A stretch of DNA of 64,000 bases from a virus (IMGVR_UViG_3300028840_002702:18745-82744); one strand, 5' to 3'; shown: positions 19,946 through 30,193, counted from the first letter of the stretch. Numbers and translations are program-made. The notes: generated by a model from the letters alone, not told the origin.

Positions 19946-20858
19946 TAAAGAATATATTCAAGATTGTCAAAAACCATTTGGCACAAATAGTCATATTGTT
20001 AAAACTTTAATTAATTTGATGTCTACTGAGCCCCTTTTTGGGGTTCAGGCTATTAGTGATATCAATAAATGTGTATATGCTGTTGATACTCATACTGATA
20101 TGTACATTAATAATGATGTAAATCCAGTAAAAATTAATGATCATGATAAATTTACTATGACCGCTAGATCTATGGAAGAATTAGCTAAGAAATTAGATAA
20201 GTATATTGTAGAAGAAATTATAGATTGGGTTCAACATGTTGAGCCACTAGATCTAGATATTTCTAACGAAGATACAATTAAAGTTTGTCTAAGATCTAGT
20301 TATTTAAAATTGACACGAAGTCTTTCAAGACCAATTCAACCACAAGATTTAGTTGTTATTGGACCACCTCGTGTTACGTCATTTATTCCACCACTAAATC
20401 GTAGAATTAATAATGAATCTGATACTACCATTGTTACACATGGTGCTGAATCAAATCCATTCATGAGTCCTGTGATTTTGGCAATTGAACATATTGGTGT
20501 AAGTCATAGAGATTATGCTATTAGATGTGCTGTTAAAATTTTAGATCCTGATATTCATTTTTGTATAATGGAGAATACAAAAACTCCAATATATTCTAAA
20601 GATGAAGAAACTGATCTAAAAATTGATCCTACAATGGTTCCTAGAAAGATTAATACACCTGTTGAATTTAAGCAGCTAACACCAAATAATATAACTGATG
20701 ATGAAAAAGAAATGATTTTGAAAAAATGGAAACCACTTCTTGACGCTGATAAAATTCCAATGGATGATAATACGCGCGCAGCTACAGCAATGGTACTTGA
20801 AAATACACAACGTGCTTTTCAGGTTCCAGAACAAAATAAAAATAAAAAGAAAAATTAA
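19932..20858 (+). CDS. Hypothetical protein with a C-terminal segment resembling the T4-type gp23 capsid N-terminus
   Basis: C-terminal ILKKWKPLLD...TRAATAMVLENTQ. Confidence 0.6.
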   Translation: MKQGNKEYIQDCQKPFGTNSHIVKTLINLMSTEPLFGVQAISDINKCVYAVDTHTDMYINNDVNPVKINDHDKFTMTARSMEELAKKLDKYIVEEIIDWVQHVEPLDLDISNEDTIKVCLRSSYLKLTRSLSRPIQPQDLVVIGPPRVTSFIPPLNRRINNESDTTIVTHGAESNPFMSPVILAIEHIGVSHRDYAIRCAVKILDPDIHFCIMENTKTPIYSKDEETDLKIDPTMVPRKINTPVEFKQLTPNNITDDEKEMILKKWKPLLDADKIPMDDNTRAATAMVLENTQRAFQVPEQNKNKKKN

Positions 20859-20919
20859 GATTAGTTTACTTTGATATTTTTTGATTTATATACAAACATA
20901 AATTTATTTAGAGGATATT

Positions 20920-21243
20920 ATGGCTAAAAAACAAAAAGAATCAACCAAATTTTCTTTGGCATTAAAAGAACTCGGTTACGAATCAATCGGTGAATTTGTT
21001 GAACTAGTAGGTGGCTTTGCTGCTATGATTAGTGAAGGTAAAGATGCAAGTATTATGGCAAAACCACTTGCTGAACACTGTGGTGTTTTGATTGAACGTA
21101 TGGGACACCTTGATGCTGTTAAGAAAAAGAACCGCGATCTCAAAGAAATTGATGAACAAATTGAGAAAGCAAAAGAAGATAAACCAGCAATTACAATGGA
21201 TTTGGATCCTTCATTGATTGCAAACCTTAAAGGTCAAAAATAA
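20920..21243 (+). CDS. Hypothetical protein
   Basis: GAGG RBS; TTTACT-N16-TATATA promoter at 20865-20892. Confidence 0.7.
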   Translation: MAKKQKESTKFSLALKELGYESIGEFVELVGGFAAMISEGKDASIMAKPLAEHCGVLIERMGHLDAVKKKNRDLKEIDEQIEKAKEDKPAITMDLDPSLIANLKGQK

Positions 21244-21734
21244 TGATTAAATTTTCAAAAGTACGTGACGTAAAATCACCAACCCGAGCTAATACTACTG
21301 ACGCAGGTATTGATTGGTTTATTCCTAATGATCTTACTAACGAAGTCTTTGAAGAAAAGAATAAAGTTAGTAATGCTTATGTTGGTTTAGGCGGTATTGT
21401 AATTACACCACATGGTAGAGCGTGTATTCCAGCTGGAATACATATTAATATCGATGAAGGTTGGGCGCTTATTGCTGCTAATAAATCAGGCGTAGCTACT
21501 AAGAAAGGTCTTGTATTTGGTGCACAAGTTGTTGATAGTGATTATCAAGGTGAAGTTCACATTAGCGTAATTAATACAACTGATAAAGAAGTAATTCTTG
21601 AATTTGGTGCTAAAATTATTCAATTCCTTTATATGCCAGTTGGATTGGATATGCCAGAAGAAGTTCCATTTGAAGATCTTTATACTGAAGAAACTAATCG
21701 TGGTACTGGTGGATTTGGATCATCTGGAGTATAA
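21243..21734 (+). CDS. dut: Trimeric dUTPase
   Basis: DAGID, NKSG, VDSDYQGE, RGTGGFGSSG. Confidence 0.95.
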   Translation: MIKFSKVRDVKSPTRANTTDAGIDWFIPNDLTNEVFEEKNKVSNAYVGLGGIVITPHGRACIPAGIHINIDEGWALIAANKSGVATKKGLVFGAQVVDSDYQGEVHISVINTTDKEVILEFGAKIIQFLYMPVGLDMPEEVPFEDLYTEETNRGTGGFGSSGV

Positions 21735-21737
21735 TAA

Positions 21738-22037
21738 ATGTCTATAACCAAACAAACTGTGTATATATGCGATAATTGTAATGACAAGAAAACATATAAT
21801 GAAGATACGTTTGGTGGAGCTCGCCCCTATGTGTACAATTTAGAATGTACTGGGGGTGGAGTTCTAAGAGATTCTAAACAGACTAAATACAATTTTTGTT
21901 CTCTTCAATGTGTGGGTGAGCATGTGCATAAACAAATTGAATTAGAATCTGTAAATAAAAACCAAGACACACGTGTACAGGATGCTTTAGATGCCCTCAA
22001 AGGAAATTATAGATCAGACGTTTCTACGGATAGCTAG
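21738..22037 (+). CDS. Small Zn-finger-like hypothetical protein
   Basis: CDNC...FCSLQC. Confidence 0.6.
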   Translation: MSITKQTVYICDNCNDKKTYNEDTFGGARPYVYNLECTGGGVLRDSKQTKYNFCSLQCVGEHVHKQIELESVNKNQDTRVQDALDALKGNYRSDVSTDS

Positions 22038-22479
22038 AGAAATAGCTAACTTTTCAAATTGTGTTTCATTTAATGTTGGTTGTGTTATCGTAAAAGATGG
22101 TCGCATAATTTCAATGGGTTACAATGGTACACCAAAGGGATTTCAAAATTGTTCAGAACGATTTCCAAATTTAATTGAACGCCCTCGTAAAACATGGTCA
22201 ACTGATGAACGTGACGAACATCATGCTTTTTCAGAAGCTCATGAAATTCACGCAGAAGAAAATGCGATCAATTTTGCTGCTCGACATGGTTTAAGTATTG
22301 AAGGTTCAGATGTCTATTGTACTTTACAACCTTGTAATCGTTGTCTTAAAATGTTATGTGCACCAGGAATTAAGCGTATTATTTATAGTGAAGAATATGA
22401 TAAATGTAATCATTGTTCGGAAGTAAGGGAAATGGTAATAAATAGTGGAATTAAATTAGAATGGATCCCCTTAAAGTAA
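21991..22479 (+). CDS. dCMP deaminase
   Basis: GYNGTP, HAEENA, PCNRC. Confidence 0.92.
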   Translation: MPSKEIIDQTFLRIAREIANFSNCVSFNVGCVIVKDGRIISMGYNGTPKGFQNCSERFPNLIERPRKTWSTDERDEHHAFSEAHEIHAEENAINFAARHGLSIEGSDVYCTLQPCNRCLKMLCAPGIKRIIYSEEYDKCNHCSEVREMVINSGIKLEWIPLK

Positions 22480-22853
22480 TAATTGCTGGAACTAGATCAA
22501 TTGAAGATATCCAATTAATTTATAATGCTATTGAAGATTCTGGTTTTGAAATTTCAGAAGTTGTGAGTGGTTGTGCTAGAGGTGTAGATTCTCTGGGTGA
22601 ACAATGGGCAGAAGAAAATAATATTTCTATCAAAAAGTTTCCCGCTGATTGGAAAGATTTAGAAACTCCACCTGTACGAATTAAAACAAACGGATATGGT
22701 CAGTATAATGCATTAGCTGGATTTGTTAGAAATCAAAAAATGGCTAATTACGCTAATGCACTTATAGCAATAACTACAGGAAGTCCTGGAACTAAGGATA
22801 TGATAGATCGTGCAAAGAAAAATGGTCTATATGTATTTGTAAAATATGTCTAA
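22461..22853 (+). CDS. SLOG-superfamily (DUF2493/YspA-like) protein
   Basis: IIAGTR, VSGCARGVD, PADW, RNQKM, SPGTKDM. Confidence 0.8.
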   Translation: MDPLKVIIAGTRSIEDIQLIYNAIEDSGFEISEVVSGCARGVDSLGEQWAEENNISIKKFPADWKDLETPPVRIKTNGYGQYNALAGFVRNQKMANYANALIAITTGSPGTKDMIDRAKKNGLYVFVKYV

Positions 22854-23934
22854 AAAAGTATTTGTATCAGGTTGTTATGATATTATCCATGGTGGCCATG
22901 TAGAATTTTTTACTCAAGCTAAAAATCATGGTGGACCAAAAGCAAAATTAATTGTTAGTTTTGCAAGTGATGATGTTTTACTTAAATATAAAGATCGAAA
23001 ATCGTCTTTACCTCAAGAACATAAAAAACGAATTTTAGAATCACTTGCAGTAGTTGATGAAGTGGTTATAGGAACTAACGTGGACAGTGACGGGATAGAT
23101 TTCTATGATCATTTCATTAATTTAAAACCGGATTATCTTGTAGTTACTGAAGATGATAAATATGAAGAACAAAAAAGAGCACTTTGCAAAAAAGTTGGTA
23201 CTGAATATATAATTCTTCCAAAAACATTACATTATGAAAAGATCTCAACAACTGAAATTGTTAATTGGATTAAAGCTCCAAAAGAAGTTCCATTAAGAGT
23301 TGATTTTGCTGGTGGTTGGTTAGATGTTCCAAAATATTCAGATAAAGATGCATACATTGTAAACTGCTCAATCAGTCCTTTAGTATCACTTAAAGAATGG
23401 TCATACAACATTAAAAGTGGATTGGGTGGATCTGGCGCTTATGCAATACTCACAGGTGTTGATGGTGTTAAGAGTGAATTAGATATGGGTGTTGGGTGGC
23501 AAGATCCAGCAATTATTCAAGAAACTGGATTATGTGTTTGGCGATCTGGTGAAAAACCTGTATTAGAAGTTAAAGTTAATCCCGATTTTCTTCAAGGTAA
23601 GATGGCATTATTTTGGACTGGTTATGATCATGATACTCCATCAAATGTAAATAACAAACGTCCATTTGATAAAATTAAACGTGCATCAATACGTGCAGCA
23701 GACGCTGTAGTTGAAAAAGATTATAATCTACTTTGTATTGCTATAGATATTTCGTTTTCAGCTCAATTATCAGAAGGCATGGCTTGGCTTCCTATTACAG
23801 ATGGTTGTATAGCACGTAAATATTGCGGTGGTGGTTGGGGTGGCTATGCTCTATATATGTTTGATACAGAAAACAATAGAGATAAATTTTGTGAACGAAC
23901 AGATGTAATTCCAATAGAACCATTTATGCGATGA
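22846..23934 (+). CDS. Fusion of a cytidylyltransferase-family nucleotidyltransferase and a GHMP sugar kinase
   Basis: GCYDIIHGGH (HxGH), ISTTEI; PLRVDFAGGWLD, SGLGGSGA, WQD, CGGGWGG. Confidence 0.85.
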   Translation: MSKKVFVSGCYDIIHGGHVEFFTQAKNHGGPKAKLIVSFASDDVLLKYKDRKSSLPQEHKKRILESLAVVDEVVIGTNVDSDGIDFYDHFINLKPDYLVVTEDDKYEEQKRALCKKVGTEYIILPKTLHYEKISTTEIVNWIKAPKEVPLRVDFAGGWLDVPKYSDKDAYIVNCSISPLVSLKEWSYNIKSGLGGSGAYAILTGVDGVKSELDMGVGWQDPAIIQETGLCVWRSGEKPVLEVKVNPDFLQGKMALFWTGYDHDTPSNVNNKRPFDKIKRASIRAADAVVEKDYNLLCIAIDISFSAQLSEGMAWLPITDGCIARKYCGGGWGGYALYMFDTENNRDKFCERTDVIPIEPFMR

Positions 23935-24383
23935 AGTTTCAAACAACAGCTGATAGTCCAAATAGAATTCGAGATAAACAATGGGTTGAAGAAACTTATA
24001 ATCTCGACGAATTTGGCTGTTCAGCTTATGAAATTTATACGCTTAAACGAACGTTAATTGCAATAGGATATATTAGGATAGTATATGGTGATCATGGTCC
24101 ATATATTGAATTAGACGAGAAAAATCTAATTGAAGATAATTGGAAACCGATCATTAGAAAAAGTAAATATGCATATTACGACGAACGCTATCCAATAGAT
24201 GGTTCAGAATGTATGTTGTATATTCAGAAAAGACGAGTAACTGATCTTGCTAATCCTCCTAAAGGAAAAAGATCAGTTCGAAATGACAGAATTGGTGGAT
24301 ATGCAGATTACAGAGTTGGCAAATTGTATATCTCACCAGAATTTATTTTACCACAAAAGGCTGTAGATCTGAGTGAACTATGA
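23931..24383 (+). CDS. Hypothetical protein
   Basis: 150-aa translationally coupled ORF (RIVYGDHGPYIE). Confidence 0.65.
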   Translation: MKFQTTADSPNRIRDKQWVEETYNLDEFGCSAYEIYTLKRTLIAIGYIRIVYGDHGPYIELDEKNLIEDNWKPIIRKSKYAYYDERYPIDGSECMLYIQKRRVTDLANPPKGKRSVRNDRIGGYADYRVGKLYISPEFILPQKAVDLSEL

Positions 24384-24748
24384 AAATTACTAATACTTAT
24401 GAAGCAAAACTTTATATTGGTCTAAAAGAAGGTTATGAAGGCTGGGTACGTGATATTACTGAAATTGAAACAGTTTGTCAACAATATTGTAACGATATTG
24501 GTCTTGGAGTAACTATTACACCAACAAAATTTGTTTATACCGGTGGAAATGAAAATGGCGCAATTATTGGATTGATTAATTATCCACGATTCCCAAAAGA
24601 ACCAGAAGAAATAACTCAACATATGGCAAATATTGCTGCTATACTGATCCCAAAATTGAAACAACATAGAGCAACTATTGTTTGTACAGATAAAACAATT
24701 ATGATTGAAAAGGAAGATATTGAAGATGGAAATGAAAAAACAGATTGA
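24380..24748 (+). CDS. Hypothetical phage protein
   Basis: Coupled ORF with LINYPRFP motif. Confidence 0.7.
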   Translation: MKITNTYEAKLYIGLKEGYEGWVRDITEIETVCQQYCNDIGLGVTITPTKFVYTGGNENGAIIGLINYPRFPKEPEEITQHMANIAAILIPKLKQHRATIVCTDKTIMIEKEDIEDGNEKTD

Positions 24749-25178
24749 AGAACAATTTGACATAATGGTTGCATTTTATGACGCTTTTATTCGAAGCGAA
24801 CATAATAAAGATGTACATTTTATCACTGATTCAGAAAAAGCTAATGAAGCAATACCAGTTGCAAAACCAATGGAAAGACGATTTGGTTATGCATTTTTTT
24901 CAAAAGAATTTTATCGTGATATGATATTTCTTTATAATGGAATGCAATTTAAGGGTGATGTAACTCCTCTATTAATCATGCAAGATGAAGAAAAAGTTTA
25001 TGCTTTATTATACAGTCCGAGTTTTCGTAAACTGGAACCAGAAGAAATTGTTCCAAAATATATTTTTGCTGTTGAAAAATTAATCAATGAAGAACATTCT
25101 AAAGAAGGAAGTAAAATCGTTGGAGTGCGGTTCCTTTGTCCTTGGAATGAATTCGTTGAAGAAGATGATGTAAAATAA
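24726..25178 (+). CDS. Hypothetical protein
   Basis: Coupled ORF; start uncertain. Confidence 0.6.
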   Translation: MEMKKQIEEQFDIMVAFYDAFIRSEHNKDVHFITDSEKANEAIPVAKPMERRFGYAFFSKEFYRDMIFLYNGMQFKGDVTPLLIMQDEEKVYALLYSPSFRKLEPEEIVPKYIFAVEKLINEEHSKEGSKIVGVRFLCPWNEFVEEDDVK

Positions 25179-25198
25179 TTTTTCTGTCAAAATTTTAA

Positions 25199-25381
25199 TC
25201 AAAGTATATTAAGGTCGTAGAAGATTTATTCACTTATAAGTTAGGATTAGTTACTGAACATTCTGATTATCCAATAACACAGCATGTTCTTAATGTATGT
25301 GATTGGAAAACTATGAAATGTGGAGGAACTACCATAAGTGGTGGAGGAGGATCTAATTATGAAAAATTTGATGAATTATAA
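25199..25381 (+). pseudogene. Start-less 60-codon reading frame, possible gene remnant
   Basis: Open frame SKYIKVVEDLFTYKLG...GGGGSNYEKFDEL with a stop immediately upstream and no ATG near the 5' end. Confidence 0.35.
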
Positions 25382-25384
25382 ATA
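25377..25384 (+). promoter_or_regulatory. T4-type late promoter
   Basis: TATAAATA followed by AAGGAG RBS and ATG 25402. Confidence 0.7.
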
Positions 25385-25401
25385 TCTTAAAGGAGATTTT
25401 T

Positions 25402-25791
25402 ATGAACAAATTTAATAAAAAATACGAAAAATTACTTCAAGAATATCGCTATCATTCTGATTATGCAAAACTTGGAACTGAAAACAGAGCAACTTTAGAA
25501 GTTGAAAATTTACCTGCAGGTTATGTTTGGGAATTACTTAATAAAGATAATTTTCAAGCTGTAACAAAACAAATTGGCGCCCCACCCTCAACAGATGATG
25601 GACAAGAAATTTTTGTTTTGAAAAAAGGTTCTGAATATAAAGTTGCTTTTATTGTTAATCCAAAAGATGGTACTCCTGTTCTTCTTTTCCATAAATATGG
25701 TACTAAAGGATTAGAAAAACATGCAGAAGCATTAGATATAACTTTTGATGATATTGGAGCCGGTGATTGGCGAGAGTATATTCAAAAATAA
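25402..25791 (+). CDS. Putative internal head protein (divergent leader-family member)
   Basis: MNKFNKKYEKLLQE leader; late promoter upstream. Confidence 0.6.
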   Translation: MNKFNKKYEKLLQEYRYHSDYAKLGTENRATLEVENLPAGYVWELLNKDNFQAVTKQIGAPPSTDDGQEIFVLKKGSEYKVAFIVNPKDGTPVLLFHKYGTKGLEKHAEALDITFDDIGAGDWREYIQK

Positions 25792-25905
25792 TTTCTATCA
25801 AATTTATAAATCAAAGTATATTTCTTAGTATACTTTGATTTTTTCTTGTTTATATATCTATATCTGAAACGAAAGACGGTAATACCGCAACACGAGGAGA
25901 AATTA

Positions 25906-28575
25906 ATGTACAGAAATGTAGTGTACCGTGTCGGTCCTGACACTGGTTGGAAAGGTGAAATTACGCTTTACACCTGGGATGAAGATGGAATTCCCGAAGA
26001 AAGAGTTTACCCCCACAAATCAAGACTTTATTACGAACGCCCAAATGGACATTATAAATCCATGTATGGCACTCTACTCGAAAAGAAAGAATTTGATTCT
26101 ATTATTGAAAGATCTCGATGGATAAAAAATAATCCTGGTATTAAAATCTTTGAATGTTTTCATCCCGAACGTGAATTTCTAATTGATTACTTTGATGGTG
26201 AACAAGAAAAAGATGATTTTGCAAAACACGAACTTCGTACACATATTATCGATATTGAAATAGCGGTTGAAGAAGAATTCCCGCTACCAAGTAATCCAAT
26301 TTATCCAATTAATGTACTTACTGTGTATGACAATTATCTTGATGAATATCATACATGGATCTTTAAACATAAAAAATGGTGTAAGCCAGATACAGACTTT
26401 ACAATAATCCCAGATGATATTGATAAAAGCGTTGAAATTCCTACAAACGTTGAATTACATGTATTTGATGATGAAATGGAAATGTATATGGACTTTCTTC
26501 GTTGGTTCAAACATAATAGACCAGATGTTTTAACTGGTTGGAATGTAGAAGACTTTGATATTCCATATCTTGTTGAACGTATTGAAGTATTTCTTGGTGA
26601 AACTGTTGAACTATTATCTCCTGTCGGTACTATTAAGAAAGAAATGCGCGAACAACGTGGGTTTGATTCTCGTAAACTCTATTCTTATAAAGTTAAAGGT
26701 ATTTCTACGTTAGACTATTTACCAATTTATCGTTTTAAATTCGGCGCTAATCTTCCATCATATAAATTAGAAAATGTAGCTATGGAAGAACTTGGATATG
26801 GTAAAATTAGTTATGAAGGATCATTTAAGCAGTTCTATCGTAATCATTTTGTAAAATTTGTATATTACAATATTATTGACGTAAAAGTAGTTAAGGATTT
26901 AGATACAAAACTTAAATATATAGCTCTTGCTCGTAACATTTGTAATATTGGTTTAAGTGAATATGAATCAATCTTTAGATCTTCACCAGCTATTATCGGT
27001 GCTCTTTGTCTTCAAGCACATCAAATGGACGTAAAAATTATGACAAACGCTGGTGTTGAACCAGTTGAAGCTAGTTTTACAGGTGCGTTTGTGTTTGATG
27101 TTAAACGTGGTATTTATCATGGTGGAACAAGTTCATTAGACTTAAATTCGCTATATCCAAACTTGATGATTAACTTAAATATTAGTCCTGAGACTAAAAT
27201 AGGTAAGATAATTTATCGAGATGATGATGAAATTATGATTAAATTTCAAAATGGATCTATCAAAAAGATGCATCCATCGAAATTAGAAGAACTTCGTGGT
27301 AAAGTTACAATATCTCCAAATGGTGTCTTATACATTAATCCGAAGAAAAAGGTTGGATTAATGCCAGCATTCCTTGAACGTCTTTATAAGAAACGTAAAG
27401 AAGTTCAAGCTCGAGATAAAGTTGTACAAGATAAAATCGAGAAAATTAAAGCCAAACTTAAAGAACTTTCTAAAGAAAAAGTTGATATTGTTAAACCAAA
27501 ATTAGCTGAGCTTGAAACATTGCATCAAAATCTAAATAATAGACAACATGCTTATAAAATCTTTCTTAATTCTATTTATGGTCAGCTTGGTAACCGTTAC
27601 TTCCCACTATTTGATCTTGATAATGCTGAAGCTGTTACACTCTCAGGACAAAAAGTAATTAAAGAATCTGCACGTTTTCTACAAACATATTTTCAAAAGA
27701 AATACAAGCTTTCAGATTATGAAGCACCGCTTGCTGGTGATACTGACTCATTATATTTTGATTGTTCACCAACAACACAAGCAGTACTTGGCCATCTTCC
27801 TGAAAAATGGGATGACGAAATGATTCAACGAGTTTGTGACGAGCTTGATAAAGATCTTGTGAAAAAGATTAATGCCAATTGTGGTAGAATTACTGAACAA
27901 GAGTTTATGTCTCCGTTAAAAAATATTGTATTTAAACGTGAAACATTCTGTACTGAAGCAATGTTCCTTGCTAAGAAACGTAATATTCTACATGTTCGTA
28001 ACGATGAAGGTATTCCAGTAGATAAATGGAAATGTACTGGTGTTGATATTAAACGTAATGAACTTCCTGGAAAAATCAAAGATTCATTAAAGCATATTAT
28101 GTTTACTTCTCTTGTTGATAGATGGACAGCTGGTGATTATGCTGGTGAAATCAAAGAAGTTTGGCATAAATTTAATGAATTGACAGCTGATGATATTGCT
28201 TTTAATAAAGGTTATACAACTGAAAAGAAATCTAATGGATTTTTGAAAGCTGAAAAAGGATCTCTAATACATGCTAGAGGTGCAATCTATCATAATCATA
28301 TTATCGAAAATTTGAAACTTGAAGATCAATACGATAAAATTCAAGTTGGAGATAAAATTAGATTTGCACGAGTATTAAAAACTAATGTGTATGGTATAGA
28401 TGTTATCGCTTGGAAAGACGAATGGCCACCAGAATTTGATGAAATTTTTACTATTGATTATCAAATGATGTTTGAAAAAGTTGTTCTCGCTCCTCTTAAA
28501 AGGATTATTGAAATCAACAATTGGTCAAGAATGCACCCAGCAAACGAAGTAGAAACAGATATAATGAATTTGTAA
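25906..28575 (+). CDS. Family B DNA polymerase (T4 gp43-like)
   Basis: DIE, GWNVEDFDIPY, YNIID, DLNSLYP, KIFLNSIYG, GDTDS, KKR; GAGGAG RBS; promoter TATACT-N16-TATATA at 25829-25856. Confidence 0.96.
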   Translation: MYRNVVYRVGPDTGWKGEITLYTWDEDGIPEERVYPHKSRLYYERPNGHYKSMYGTLLEKKEFDSIIERSRWIKNNPGIKIFECFHPEREFLIDYFDGEQEKDDFAKHELRTHIIDIEIAVEEEFPLPSNPIYPINVLTVYDNYLDEYHTWIFKHKKWCKPDTDFTIIPDDIDKSVEIPTNVELHVFDDEMEMYMDFLRWFKHNRPDVLTGWNVEDFDIPYLVERIEVFLGETVELLSPVGTIKKEMREQRGFDSRKLYSYKVKGISTLDYLPIYRFKFGANLPSYKLENVAMEELGYGKISYEGSFKQFYRNHFVKFVYYNIIDVKVVKDLDTKLKYIALARNICNIGLSEYESIFRSSPAIIGALCLQAHQMDVKIMTNAGVEPVEASFTGAFVFDVKRGIYHGGTSSLDLNSLYPNLMINLNISPETKIGKIIYRDDDEIMIKFQNGSIKKMHPSKLEELRGKVTISPNGVLYINPKKKVGLMPAFLERLYKKRKEVQARDKVVQDKIEKIKAKLKELSKEKVDIVKPKLAELETLHQNLNNRQHAYKIFLNSIYGQLGNRYFPLFDLDNAEAVTLSGQKVIKESARFLQTYFQKKYKLSDYEAPLAGDTDSLYFDCSPTTQAVLGHLPEKWDDEMIQRVCDELDKDLVKKINANCGRITEQEFMSPLKNIVFKRETFCTEAMFLAKKRNILHVRNDEGIPVDKWKCTGVDIKRNELPGKIKDSLKHIMFTSLVDRWTAGDYAGEIKEVWHKFNELTADDIAFNKGYTTEKKSNGFLKAEKGSLIHARGAIYHNHIIENLKLEDQYDKIQVGDKIRFARVLKTNVYGIDVIAWKDEWPPEFDEIFTIDYQMMFEKVVLAPLKRIIEINNWSRMHPANEVETDIMNL

Positions 28576-28625
28576 CTATACTTTGTTTAAATCTAGGTTA
28601 TATTATTAAATAAGGTCATGCATTA

Positions 28626-28958
28626 ATGAATATAGGTGAATTGAAGGAGATGATCTGGTCAATTATCGACGTACATATTGGAGGGATTCCAGTTACGGAG
28701 AAAATTTACATAGACATCAGTAACAACTATTTGCAAGAAGATGAACTAGGATTCTGTGAAACAACTGATGATTTTAAATCAGCATTCATAACATTTAATG
28801 AATTAGAACTTAATTGTATGGATGATTCAGAACAAATTGACGTTATATGTCATGAAATAGCTCATTTAATTTGTGAAGATAAAGAAGAATTTGAAGAACA
28901 TGATCAACTATGGCAGAATGTTGTAGTTGCACTTGGTGGAATGCCAAATTATTATTGA
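28626..28958 (+). CDS. SprT-like zinc metalloprotease domain protein
   Basis: HEIAH...HDQLWQ...LGG; promoter TATACT-N16-TATATT at 28577-28604. Confidence 0.75.
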   Translation: MNIGELKEMIWSIIDVHIGGIPVTEKIYIDISNNYLQEDELGFCETTDDFKSAFITFNELELNCMDDSEQIDVICHEIAHLICEDKEEFEEHDQLWQNVVVALGGMPNYY

Positions 28959-28968
28959 GAGTTAAATA

Positions 28969-30171
28969 ATGAAAATCTGTTGTATTGAATATAATTTTGA
29001 TGCATTTAATGGTGGTGCAGCCACCTTTACCCGAGAGACAGTCAAACTATTTAATAAGTATTCTGATACGTTTGATGTAGATATTGTACAGTACGATCCA
29101 ATTGAAAAGAAGTGTGAAGTACTTGAAGTTAAACATATTGATGACGTTGATATAGAATCTTACGATATTGTAATGCATGGATGTGTAAACTGTGTTAATC
29201 GTGAGAATGACGAAATTCTTGATCTGTTAGTTAGCTTGAAGAATCCTCGTACTGTATTCTTTGAACATGACCGTTATCCTGTACAACGTGTATTTTGGCA
29301 TCAAAAGAAAAAAGCACGTACTGCAATGGCATGTGATTATATTATTACATGTCATCCTTTTATGTATAAAGAATTTGTTGAAGATAAAAGTAGAATCTTA
29401 GAATATAATACTTGGTTGAACTATAGAGATGTAACTGATGTTACTGAAGTTAAACCTTTTAATGAGCGCGAAATTGATGTTCTTTATCAAGCTCGTATTG
29501 CTCCCAAGAAAGGTTCTGATGGATATCTTGAATTTGCAACAACAACTAAAGAACTTGGTCTTTATGAAAATTATATGATGTATGGATTTACTGGAATGCC
29601 AGCAGAAATTTCTTGTAAAAAACATCCATCAGTATTTACTCGAATTCATAAAGATCCAAATAAACTGGTTTATAATACTCCAAAATCATTTATTGAACTT
29701 AATAAATTTGTTACCACAAATGAAGGTGTCTTAGATAATTTCAATAATGCTAAAATTACTTGGGCAGCTTATAAACTTGGTAAACAAAGTAAAGATGTAA
29801 ATGTTAAAATGCATAAAGGATGGGAAGGTGCTCAGCTCGAAGCTTTGGCTGCTGGAACTATTCTTATCTGTAATGGTTTACAACGTGATCTTGAAATCTG
29901 CGGTAAACGTCTCGAAGAATATGGTTGTTTTTTCTTTATCGACGATAACCAAATGGAGCCGCTAATTGAAGAAGTTAAGAATGCTAATCTTGAAGAAATG
30001 TATCAGAAGTTAATGGAATTTAGAAAGATTCTATTTAATGATAAGAATTTCGTTCAAGGTTGGGCTGATGTTTTAATTCCGATTTATAAAGGTGAAAAGA
30101 AAGAAACTTTTATAATTGAAGCAAGCACTTTTAAGGAATATAAAGAAAATAACAGTACAAGAACTAATTAA
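28969..30171 (+). CDS. GT-B glycosyltransferase resembling T4 DNA alpha-glucosyltransferase
   Basis: 400 aa; MKICCI..GGAATFTRE, VFFEHD, YQARIAPKKG, EGAQLEALAAG; lies next to the DNA polymerase. Confidence 0.65.
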   Translation: MKICCIEYNFDAFNGGAATFTRETVKLFNKYSDTFDVDIVQYDPIEKKCEVLEVKHIDDVDIESYDIVMHGCVNCVNRENDEILDLLVSLKNPRTVFFEHDRYPVQRVFWHQKKKARTAMACDYIITCHPFMYKEFVEDKSRILEYNTWLNYRDVTDVTEVKPFNEREIDVLYQARIAPKKGSDGYLEFATTTKELGLYENYMMYGFTGMPAEISCKKHPSVFTRIHKDPNKLVYNTPKSFIELNKFVTTNEGVLDNFNNAKITWAAYKLGKQSKDVNVKMHKGWEGAQLEALAAGTILICNGLQRDLEICGKRLEEYGCFFFIDDNQMEPLIEEVKNANLEEMYQKLMEFRKILFNDKNFVQGWADVLIPIYKGEKKETFIIEASTFKEYKENNSTRTN

Positions 30172-30193
30172 CATTTTAATAATTGAGGACTAA

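Noticed and set aside
16748-28575. Inteins or introns in the RNR or DNA polymerase
   Set aside because: Both are continuous ORFs of ordinary length with no recognisable splicing motifs
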